NCBI RefSeq assembly: GCF_006345805.1
Contig: NC_043002.1
Span: 57,226,001-57,290,000, forward strand
DNA from: Octopus sinensis
Lineage: Eukaryota
Direction of reading: 5' to 3'
Length of the DNA stretch: 64,000 bases
Shown piece after piece: positions 52,575-64,000 of this stretch; position 1 is the stretch's first letter, and each line of letters opens with the position of its first letter. Below the pieces are notes generated by a model, which worked only from the letters and a program-made list of their open reading frames with translations, was not told where the DNA came from and ran no database searches. A program made the position numbers and the translations under genes.

Positions 52575-52622
52575 TTACAATCTAATGACGGCCTGTAAAC
52601 CGAAACTTCGAAGTCATTGTAA
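52575..52622 (+). ncRNA. Type I hammerhead ribozyme motif with a G5A core substitution
   Basis: ttacaat-CTAATGA-c-gg cctgtaaa cc-GAAA-cttcgaag-TC-attgtaa: perfect 7-bp stem I, palindromic stem III, GUC site. Confidence 0.65.
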
Positions 52623-52662
52623 AACTTTTCCTTGCTAAAATAATTTATAAAATTATGTCTAA

Positions 52663-52745
<83 letters not shown>

Positions 52746-52747
52746 GT

Positions 52748-52811
<64 letters not shown>

Positions 52812-52814
52812 GTC

Positions 52815-52866
<52 letters not shown>

Positions 52867-53030
52867 GCCTGTCTGTCTGCCTGCCTATCTGTTTGTCTGT
52901 ATGTCTATATGCCTGTCTGCTTGCTTGCCTGATTGTCTGTTTGTCTGTCTGTGTGTCTGTATGGCTGTCTGCCTGCCTGTTTGTCTGTCTGTCTGTCTGT
53001 GTGACTGTATGTCTGTCTGTATGTCTGTCT
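52663..53030. repeat. (TCTA)n grading into (TCTG)n
   Basis: Direct reading. Confidence 0.95.
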
Positions 53031-54190
53031 ACTAGTTTAGATACTAATTTCTCCGTAATAATATGAACTGAAAGAAAAAATAAAGGAGAGAAAAAAAATT
53101 CCCACATGCTTCTCGTTTTTCTCCCTTATACAAAAGACGACTCGGCCAGTCACGAGAGTTTTTTCATACCGAGAACTAAGGAAATTTAGACACTATACAA
53201 ATACAGTTTATATTATCTGTGTGGTGATGTCGTGACGGATCCAGCATAGAGAAAATAGCTAAAATAACACGACAGCCACAAGTATATGCATAGTCTGTTC
53301 GTTTTTAACCCACCTCTCTTTCTCCCTCTCTCTCACACACACACATGCATACTCTCTCTCTATGTATCTATCTCTATCTCTATCGCTGTAACTCCCCCCC
53401 CCCAATGTAAGTGAAAACAATTTTAATCTTCATCGTCTTCTTTCCACGCTTTCGAACTGTTCAAAAGTGATATACTCGATATAATCATTTCAGTCATTTG
53501 ATCGACGATGCACGATATGTGGAAACAATGTGTCTACAGATAGAGAGATTATTAAAAACTAAATACACGGGAAAATATTTACCGTTATTTGCAAACCTGT
53601 CTGTAATAACATGGAGGAAAAAATGACAAATAAAAAATCGACTTCCCACATACATCTATTGTATTTTATTGCTTGTTTCCCTTAAACAAATGTGGGCGGA
53701 CGAATGACAAGCATTGATATACACGATAGCTGCGAGTAAGTTAAGAATGACAGCGAACATTTCTTCATAGGGGTCACTCAATACTGAGACGAGTAAAATC
53801 TGCTGTACAGTTCAACTTGATCGGGACTTCAAAAATAGATTGTCAGTTACGTTATGATCAGAAAGACCCGATAGAAAACTGGTCAGGCAAATTCCTTTTA
53901 GGATTAGTCTGACACTTGGAGAAGTTCTCAAATGATAGAAACAAGACTGGTCTTGCAAAAGTCATTTAATACATTTATAAATAAATAAATCCACTCATTA
54001 TTGGCAAAATGACCCACCCGAAATAAAACAAAAATAATATCCACTATTGTCATTCAACTGTCTTTTAAATAAAAATATGAAAGTGCACAGATACAACACA
54101 CATATACGCCACACAATACACTACACTTACCTACAAATACATTTCTAAGTGTAATGTGTGATGTATATACATATATATATATATATATAT

Positions 54191-54236
<46 letters not shown>

Positions 54237-54241
<5 letters not shown>

Positions 54242-54537
54242 AGAGAAAAGACCTCTATTAAGCAATTCAATAAAGATGTTATTCACACCATATGGAAAAA
54301 ATTAAATATACTATAAAAGACATTATTCTAAAAATCAATAAAGTACATAACAATAAATAGTAAATTGACTACGCGCGTTTATCAATAAAGTACGCGAGTA
54401 GTCAATTTATTATTTATTGTTTATGTACTTTATTGATTTTTAGAATAATATTTTTTATAGTATATTTAATTTTTTCTATACGGTGTGAATAACGTCTTTC
54501 ACTATTGAATTGCTTAATAGAGGTTTTTCTCTAAATT
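54237..54537. repeat. Long AT-rich inverted repeat (~140-bp arms, ~13-bp centre) within (TA)n
   Basis: aatttagagaaaa.acctctattaagcaattcaata..ttgactacgcgcgt versus acgcgagtagtcaa..tattgaattgcttaatagaggtttttctctaaatt. Confidence 0.92.
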
Positions 54538-54578
54538 ATTCATGCATATATAATTATATAAATATATATATATATATA

Positions 54579-54620
<42 letters not shown>

Positions 54621-54628
54621 ATATATAT

Positions 54629-54888
<260 letters not shown>

Positions 54889-55100
54889 TATATATGTATG
54901 TACGGTTTCTTTGCAATGATGCAATATTTTGATTAATCAATTAAAGGAGTCGCTTGAAACGGCCGTAATGAATAGACTTTTGTACATCTTTGTTACTCAT
55001 TTATGTATGTATGTATGTATGTATGTATGTATGTGTGTGGGTGATGTATGTAATATATATATATATATTATATATATAATAATATATATGTATATATATA

Positions 55101-55135
<35 letters not shown>

Positions 55136-55156
55136 GATATATGTATGATATAGGTA

Positions 55157-55702
55157 GAATCCACAAAAGACGAAGACAGGTGGTGTAGACAACAAGCAGA
55201 TGTATTAGTTTAACGCTCGGGAAGTGAAAAAGTCTTGAACGCTTCGAGCCTACGCTCTTCCATTGAAAGGAACACAGAAACAAACAAGGAGAGAAAATAA
55301 AGAATGTGTAGTGGCTAGCGATCTATCGTAGCGAATGCCGGACAGAGGGGTCACACAGGAGAGCTAGGAAGAAGGAGAGATAATAAAGTAGTGGTGATCC
55401 CAAAACGGAGGTGCGCGTGTATAAGAGAGCATGTATGTGCGTGTGGAAGAGGGCTGGTGTGTATGTGTAGGTGTGTAGATGTGGGGCTGGGACGTGGTCA
55501 GTGCTAGTGTGTGCGTGGTGGTGTGATGTGATGTGGGGTGGGGGTGGGATGGGATGGATAGGGAAGGTGGGGTTGGATTGTGTAGGGGTGGGGTTACGAG
55601 GGAGGAGTGACGATGAAGGGAGAGGGGAAGGGAAAATATGGGTAGGAGTGAAGAGAAGAGAGAAGGAAAGTAGGAGTGAATAGAAGAAGTAGGAGTCGGA
55701 GC
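55157..55702 (-). mobile_element. Probable Penelope-type terminal repeat running into the gap
   Basis: Shares caaaagacgaagac..tattagtttaacgctc with ~42295-42349 and carries a decayed version (gaagagcgtaggctcgaagcg) of the 49941 hammerhead. Confidence 0.45.
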
Positions 55703-55802
55703 NNNNNNNNNNNNNNNNNNNNNNNNNNNNNNNNNNNNNNNNNNNNNNNNNNNNNNNNNNNNNNNNNNNNNNNNNNNNNNNNNNNNNNNNNNNNNNNNNN
55801 NN
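55703..55802. other. Assembly gap (100 N)
   Basis: Run of n characters. Confidence 1.
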
Positions 55803-56159
55803 CGCATGCACAGACACACACATGCACACATACATACATGCACACATACATACATGCACACACGTACAAACACACATGCAAGTAAGTACACACATATGCA
55901 CACACATACAGGCACACATTCACACATGCTTACATGTACACACATATGCATACATGTACAGACACACACACACATGAACACGCGTACACACATACAAACG
56001 CTCACGCACACATTCATGCACACAGTTATAGGAACACACAAACTCAGATTCGCACACACACACACACACATACGCACATGAACACACACATTCACACTTG
56101 CTTACACACACACACACACACATGCACATATATGTGTGGCAGATATAGCTCTGTGGATA

Positions 56160-56361
56160 GGCGGCGAGCTGGCAGAAACGTTAGCATGCCGGGCGAAATG
56201 CGTAGCCGTATTTCGTCTGCGGTTACGTTCTGAGTTCAAATTCCGCCGAGGTCGACTTTGCCTTTCATCGTTTCGGGGTCGATAAATTAAGTACCAGTTG
56301 CGTACTGGGGTCGATCTAATCGACTGGCCCCTCCCCCAAAATTTCGGGCCTTGAGTAGAAA
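56160..56361 (+). mobile_element. SINE family C, well-preserved copy with a ~19-bp imperfect target duplication
   Basis: ggcggcgagctggcagaa..gagttcaaattccgccgaggtcgactttgcctttcatc..ggggtcgataaattaagtacc; flanks agatatagctctgtggata / agatacagctctttggtta. Confidence 0.85.
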
Positions 56362-57660
56362 AGATACAGCTCTTTGGTTACGAAACACGCATCGGAATCA
56401 CCTCATCCGAGATTCGATCCCGCAGTGAAGCGCACTAGGCTATCTACGCGACTCTCTACGAGGTAGACTCATTCATGCTGTGTGCGCTTGCGCTGGCGCG
56501 TCTCTCTGCGGTTTTGGTGCGATTCTCTGTCTCTCAGGAGTTTAAGTCTTTTGTGCGGACGTGCGTGCGTGTGTGCGTGCGCGTGATATTGTTATAAATG
56601 ACTTAACTTCATGTATGTATATGTGTATGTATGTGTGTGTGTGTGTATGTATGTATGTATGATGTATGTATGTATGTATGTGTATGTATGTGTGTGTGTG
56701 TATGTATGTATGTATGTATGTATGCATGCATGCATGTATGTATGTATGTATGTATGTATGTATGTATGTATGCATGTATATGTGTATGTATGTATTTATG
56801 TATGTGTGTATGCGTGTACGTAGGCACGTATGTATATATGTTTGCATGCATTCATGTATGTACGTATGTATGTATTTATGCATGCATGCATGTACGTATG
56901 TGTATGTATGTGTATGTATGTGTATCTATGTATGTGTATGTATGTGTATCTATGTATGTGTGTATGTAGGTAAGTATGTTTGTATGCGTATATGTGTGTA
57001 TGTATACATGTATATGTGCCTATGTATGTATGTGCTTGTATGTTCCAGCGAGTGTGCGTGTTTCTATATATATATGTGCGTGTTTGCGTGCGTGTGTGTG
57101 AGTGTACTTGCGCAAGTATGTGTCGCTTGCTTGCACGCTTTTCGTTGTTATTACAGAAATGACGGTAACCTTTTGTGTAGAAATGAACAAAGCCCTTCTA
57201 TTTTGCGACCTAACGTTTTCAGGCTCAAGAGATTAAACCGTAGACCACAATGTAGTGTTTATCCCAAAACCAACGAACAAACATACAGAGAAAGAGACCC
57301 TGAATTTTACTATTACAGAGACCAGAATAGATACAGGACGATGGAAGCATCTGGTATTCTAAAGGATTTTATGGATGAAATTCGGATTATCATACGTAAA
57401 TGATGGTGCATTTTTCAAAACAGAAACGTGCAAGCTATAAATAGAATCGGTTAGAAACATAACTATTATAAATATTTCTTCGGAAATTAATGGCGGATTT
57501 CAAATTTTAACAATTGAGTCCTATTTATCATCAACGTAAAAGCGACGTCTTTTTCCATTTTTTTTTGTCAAATTGACAATCTCATTTGAAAGTGGAACAA
57601 TGTTAAAGATTAGTTGAATCTTTAAACTCTATCATGAAGTTTCAAAGACAAAGGCATTTG

Positions 57661-57920
57661 GTAAAGATTGTTTGCCAACATAACATGGCAGTCCTGGTTT
57701 AGGACGAATGTTGCTGTAGTTTAGCCCCAGGAAACATCGTCTCCAGCTGGCTATACGACACGATCTGTGTCCTTATATTTTCGAACAAGGGAATCTTCAA
57801 AAATATAAGGACACAGATCGTGTCGTATAGCCAGCTGGAGACGATGTCTCCTGGGGCTAAATTACAGCAACATTCGTCCTAAACCAGGACTGCCATGTTA
57901 TGTTGGCAAACAGTCTTTAC
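57661..57920. repeat. Near-perfect palindrome (125-bp arms, 10-bp spacer)
   Basis: 57661-57785 is the reverse complement of 57796-57920, with about 4 mismatches by eye. Confidence 0.97.
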
Positions 57921-58235
57921 TCCAAAGTACTGTTCTGAATATCTCACGTTGTAAGATTTTAAAATAGTAATTTTCTAAAAACATTTGGCTTTTACAGAAT
58001 TTTTCTGGTTAAAAAGATGTTTTGCAAATGGAGGTGTAAAAACGGTGGGTTGGCAGAATCGTCAGCATGCTACGTAAAACGCTTTGCACTACCCCCCCCC
58101 CACTCTTTACGCTCTGAGGTTCAAATCCCACATAAGTCAAATTTGTTTTTCATACTTTGGAGTTCGATCAAAATAAAACACCAGCTAACAGCTCTGCCAG
58201 CTCGCCGACTTAATAATAATAATAATAATAATAAC

Positions 58236-58267
<32 letters not shown>

Positions 58268-58277
58268 AATAATAATA

Positions 58278-58317
<40 letters not shown>

Positions 58318-58506
58318 GTTCGTCTCTTAGGGATAACAAGGATTATCAGGCGGGTTCTAAGCACTTGAAAGACTATTGAAAACTTTAAGCTACAAAAAGT
58401 TACAAGAAGCAACCCGCAGCCCACATAAATCGTATCAGGAATAAGACCGAACCTGAGTCAAACCAATAATAATAATAATGATAATAATAATAATAATAAT
58501 AATTAA

Positions 58507-58546
<40 letters not shown>

Positions 58547-58554
58547 GTCCTTTT

Positions 58555-58685
58555 TGCTATAGACACAAGGCGTGAAATTTTGGGGAAGGGATTAAGTCGA
58601 TTACATCGACCCCAATACGCCACTGGTATTTATTTCATCGACACCGAAAAGATGAAAGGCAAAGTCGAGTTCGGCGGAATTGAAT
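58555..58685 (-). mobile_element. SINE family C fragment
   Basis: agtcgattacatcgacccc..atcgacaccgaaaagatgaaaggcaaagtcgagttcggcggaat; another degenerate plus-strand copy lies at ~58044-58190. Confidence 0.75.
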
Positions 58686-58755
58686 CCTAATAATATAAAT
58701 TATAATAATGATGGTGATATCGATGATGAATAATATTATATTACAACTATTATTA

Positions 58756-58811
<56 letters not shown>

Positions 58812-58932
58812 TACCATTACTATTATTATCATTATTATTATTTTATTATTATTATTATTAATTATTATTATTATTATTATTATTATCATTATTATTATTA
58901 TTATTATTATCAGTATTATTATTATTATAGTA

Positions 58933-59635
<703 letters not shown>

Positions 59636-59747
59636 CATTATCATCATCATCATCGTCGTCGTCGTCATTATTATTATTATATTTAGCATTATCGTCGTCG
59701 TCGTCATCATCATCATCATCGTCGTCGTCGTCGTCGTCATTATTATT

Positions 59748-59778
<31 letters not shown>

Positions 59779-59790
59779 TATTATTATTAT

Positions 59791-60244
59791 TGAGTGAGAG
59801 AGCAGTTCATGCCATCAAAGTGACACTGGGGTAAAATATACGAAGCCCAATATACCCATCATGACTACCCGTCTGATAAGGGTACACCAGGCACATGCAT
59901 CACAACCATATGTGCGCGACATGGTGATCTCATATCAAGATAAACAGCACATGACCTTGCAGGTGGGGCCCAGTTAGAATTTTCTTCAGATTGAGTAGCC
60001 CATCCCGCTCAAGCGGTCCCTGAATAAGGGTTGTTTAAGGATGTTGAAAGAACCACCCATGTTTCCAGAGGTGAATTATTCAAACCCCAAAGAATCCCTC
60101 TCAACACATGGCTATGATGCTCCCCCACTACTTCTGCTCGTGATCAGAGATGCACATATCGTCAGCCACTAAGGGACATGCTCAACTGGTTAAGGTCAAA
60201 CAACTGACTAGCAAATCTATGGTATTGAGCAGAATATTTGCTGT
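59791..60244 (-). mobile_element. TAA-associated non-coding repeat, copy 3 (truncated)
   Basis: Near-identical to copy 2 from the tgagtgagagagcag end; (TTA)n on both sides. Confidence 0.9.
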
Positions 60245-60270
60245 TATTATTATTATTATCATTATTATTA

Positions 60271-60755
60271 CTTTTTTTTTTCTTCTTTCAAATTTTCTTC
60301 CATTTCTTGCCGAGTGTCTTCCCGACTCCTAGGGCAAAGAAACTCATAGTGTATATTGGTAGGCCATTAAACCAAACTCAGTAGTTCGTTCATTTAAAAA
60401 AAAAAATTTTTTTTTTTTAAAGTTAAATTAAAAAACATGAGCAGCAACAGTTCTCACATCGACAATGCTCTTCTCAATACGTGTGATGTACCAGTTAAGA
60501 CAATCTTTTGCACTTCTTGCAGGGATGGTAAGCCAGGGATCATTCTCATATAATTTTCGGTTCCCTTCTTGATCATTCCTAGTGCTCCTACGATCACTGG
60601 TATTGTAACCGCCTTGAGATGCCACATTTTCTCAATTTCAATGAGTAGGTCTTTATATTTTCTGAGCTTGTTAAACTCTTTCGCTGAGATATTATGATCA
60701 CAGGGGATGCTCATGTCGATCAATAAGCAAACTTTATTGTTTTGGTCTTTCACAA
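60271..60755 (-). mobile_element. R4/Dong-clade 3' fragment within (TTA)n
   Basis: ORF end CLLIDMSIPCDHNISAKEFNKLRKYKDLLIEIEKMW..IPVIVGALG..QKIVLTGTSHVLRRAL is a restriction-like endonuclease C-terminus; 3' UTR and A-tail run into TAA repeats. Confidence 0.88.
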
Positions 60756-60758
60756 TTA

Positions 60759-60820
<62 letters not shown>

Positions 60821-61859
60821 GTTATTATTATTATTATTATTATTAGCAGTGGGGCCGAAGTACAAGAGAGACTGAAGAATATTTTAGAATGAAAATGCCG
60901 CAAAGGAATTTTTTCAATAGAGGCATAAAGCATCTTATTGGCCAAAAAACATAGGGAATCAATGGTATTCAATTTAATTAATAGCACTTCCAATACATAA
61001 ATTTATTGATTAATAAATAACTTTGTGGTCTCCCGTGAGCCATTATTTTCCGAACCGTTTACTAAAATTTCATATCAATGAAGATAACAGAAAAAAGAAA
61101 AAAAAAAAGAAAAAAAGAACATTAAGACACGAAACGGTTGCTCGTTTTTTTTTCTTTTTATATAATTTTATTAGATCTCTGTACAATTATTTCTGTGTAA
61201 TTAATTCTAACCGATATAAATGTTGGTTAATTGTTTGGTCGGTCAGTTAGCCGGTCGGTTGATTTCTCAAGACAACGCTTTACATTGTCTAAAGAGAAGG
61301 GTAGAGAGAAATAGAAAGGGAAGGGAGAGAGAGAGAGAGAGAGAAGAAAGAGAGAAAGAGTAAAAGAGTAAAAAAATAAAAGAGAAAGAATAAGAGGTAC
61401 AGGATGAATGCACATACTAGGCATGGTGACAGGCAATGAGCAAAAGAACGCTATACAGACACAGTGAGAGAGAAAGAATCACTGAAGCAGAGGGGGAGGA
61501 GGACGCCGAGGAGGAGATGAAGGAAGAGGTGAAGGAAGGTGAAGAGATCGAAGATGAGGACATGGTTGAGAAACAGGATGAGGAGCAAATGACATTGTAG
61601 TTACAGGAGGAATTATACAATTGAGAAATCTATTTTATTTCATTCTATTTGAAGGTAATGAATATTTTTCTTTTGAGAATTGGTCCTCATTTCATCATTT
61701 TGTATAAACATCAAGAAATTTGATAACATTTAAATTCTAATTATTGTATGGAGGCCATACTTTCTGATATAACCGATTATGGCAATAGTTAGCCATAGTT
61801 ATCCACTGTCATATGATGGTTAATAAACTAATAATATCAATAGTCATAATTCCTTTCTA

Positions 61860-62056
61860 CCATAGGCAAAAGGGGAGGGGAACTTTTGGGGAGAGGGCAA
61901 TCGACCCCAGTATTCAAATGGTACTTATTTAATCGACCCCGTAAAGATGAAAGGCTAAATGAACCTTGGCGGAATTTGATCTCAGAACATAAAGACGGAC
62001 GAAATGCCGTTAAGCAGTCTGTCCTGCGTCCTAACGATTCTGCCAGCCCGCCGCCC
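61860..62056 (-). mobile_element. SINE family C copy
   Basis: atcgaccccgtaaagatgaaaggc..ggcggaatttga.ctcagaac..ctaacgattctgccagcccgccgcc. Confidence 0.8.
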
Positions 62057-62156
62057 TAACAACAAACAACAACAACAACAACAACAACCAACAACAACAA
62101 CAACCACAACAACAACCAACAACACAACAACAACAACAACAACAATAATAATAATA

Positions 62157-62195
<39 letters not shown>

Positions 62196-62349
62196 CAACA
62201 ATAATGAAAGTTTGCCTCCTTGACACGACCAGAATAATCAGAAAGGTATTAACTGAAAAGAATGGATAGCATGGTACCAAGCTCGCTACGCATGTAACAC
62301 ACCAGGAGCTTTCTCAAAACCTGTGATAAAGACAAACAATAATTATACT

Positions 62350-62558
62350 TTCTACTAAAGGCACAAGGCCTGAAATTTGTGGGGAGGGGACTAGTCGAAT
62401 ACATCGACCTCAGTCTTTCACTGGTACTTAATTTATCGACATCGAAACGATAAAAGGCATAGCCGATCTCGGCGGAATTTGAACTCAGAACGCAGCGACG
62501 GTCGAAATACCGTTAAGGATTTCGCCCAGCGTGCTGACTATTCTGCTAGCTCGCTTCC
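62350..62558 (-). mobile_element. SINE family C copy
   Basis: Reverse complement of 56160-56361 with moderate divergence. Confidence 0.8.
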
Positions 62559-62613
62559 TAAATAATAATGATGATAACAACAACATCAACAACAAAAATA
62601 ATGATAATAATAA

Positions 62614-63172
62614 ATGCCCTGATGCAGTATCAGACAGTGGCTCTCATGGCCTTTGGTCTTAACTGATTAGAAGTATTATCCTGTATATTGTTTTGTCTTG
62701 GTATAAAAGATGGGTTACAGTAAATATTCTTCTCAATACCACAGATTTGCATGTCAGTTGTTTCACCTTAAACAGCAAAAGCATATCCTTAGGTGGCTGA
62801 CGATATATGCGTCTCTGATCACGAGCAGAAGTTGTGGGGGAGCATCATAACCATGTGTTGAGAGGAATTATTTGAGGGTTTGAATAATTCACCTCTGGAA
62901 ACATGGGTGTTTTGTTCAGTATCCTTAAACAAACCCTTATTGAGAGACCTTTTGAGCAGGATGAGCTACTCAACCATAAGAAAATCCTAACTGGGACTCA
63001 CCTGCAAGGTCATGCGCTGTTTATCTTGATATGAGATCGCAATGTTACACACATATGGTTGTGATGCATGTGCCTGGTGCATCCTTATTAGAGAGGTAGT
63101 CATGATGATATGCTGGGCTTTGTATATTTGTGCCCCTGTGTCACTTTTGTGGCTTGCACTGCTCTCTCACTC
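62614..63172 (+). mobile_element. TAA-associated non-coding repeat, copy 4 (longest, most diverged)
   Basis: taataataa|atgccctgatgcagta...gcactgctctctcactc|tataataa; reverse complement of copies 2 and 3. Confidence 0.88.
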
Positions 63173-63199
63173 TATAATAACATCAACCGTTTTCAGTAT

Positions 63200-63845
63200 A
63201 GGTTAAGGCCAAAAATTTATTATATACCTTAGCCAGTTACAGTTAGCTAGTTGAGTACTGGGGTCAATGTATCCGATTTGTCCGCATTCCCGAAATTTGT
63301 GCCAAAATATGAAAGTATAAACTTCAAGGTTAGACATTTTTGTGGCCGGTTAAGTAAGTCAATTGAAATACTCCATTACTTGACAGATGCTTTATTTTAT
63401 CGGCTCCAGAGTGCGTTGAAAAGCTAAGTCAACCGCGAGGGAATTTGAACTCAGGACGCAAAAAACAATAAGAAATACACCAATACATTTTGTTCGATAC
63501 TCAAACGTTTCTGCAAATCGGTGTCCCTTCATTTGAGGAGAGGGTTAGTCGAGTATATTGGCTCCGGTTGAATAGCTGGTACTTTCGTTTTATCGATGAG
63601 AGTTCAAATCAGAATGTAAAGAACAGCAACTAAATGTCAAATAGCATTTCATCCGATGCTCTACCGACTCCACCAAACCATCTAGTTGATAATTTCTTAT
63701 TTAGGTAGAAGGGCAGCAATAGCAATTGAGCGGCAGGGCAGTGTGTGTGTGTATGATCCCTGTTCTTGTTTGGTACTCTGTTTTATCGATTCCAGAAGAA
63801 TGAAATACAATGTTGAACTTGGGCGGGATTTGAACTTGTAAAGAA
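63200..63845 (-). mobile_element. Cluster of old SINE family C fragments
   Basis: Recurrent motifs gtactggggtc, ttttatcg..gaa..aagtcaacc..ggaatttgaactcag and ggcgggatttgaac. Confidence 0.55.
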
Positions 63846-64000
63846 ATCTAAAATGATAATGGTATAAATTTTAATGAACCTCCTCCAAGGCAAAAGAATT
63901 CTACAAAACACCCAGAATATATTTATTCTGCAAGTCGGAAAAATATTGCCGTATGTTAATAATGTATGTGTTTGCGAAAATAAGTAAATACCTATGTATG

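Noticed and set aside
61485-61600. Acidic ORF-like stretch (EEDAEEEMKEEVKEGEEIEDED)
   Set aside because: Purine-rich degenerate GAG/GAA low-complexity sequence among GA repeats; no splice or homology support.

Overview
AT-rich eukaryotic non-coding DNA (intergenic or deep intronic) packed with microsatellites and decayed transposable elements. The SINE repertoire and the (TA)n/(CA)n/(TATG)n/(TTA)n landscape look like an octopod cephalopod (Octopus-like) genome; that assignment is inference. I found no credible host protein-coding exon and no intact RNA gene; most listed ORFs are translated simple repeats. Recognisable elements: several tRNA-derived SINE families; non-LTR retrotransposon remnants (RTE, Tx1/L1-like, R4/Dong, CR1, Penelope-like); Tc1, mariner and DD41D-type transposons, one nested in another; a hAT/Buster remnant; Helitron derivatives; and a 100-N gap. 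Most notable: (1) several minimal type I hammerhead ribozyme motifs of the Penelope/retrozyme kind; (2) four copies of a ~560-bp non-coding element, all in TAA repeats, two beside R4/Dong fragments; (3) four long inverted repeats; (4) an RTE insertion with a ~70-bp target duplication; (5) a CR1 3' tail shared with the commonest SINE. Coordinates were read by eye and may be off by a few bases.
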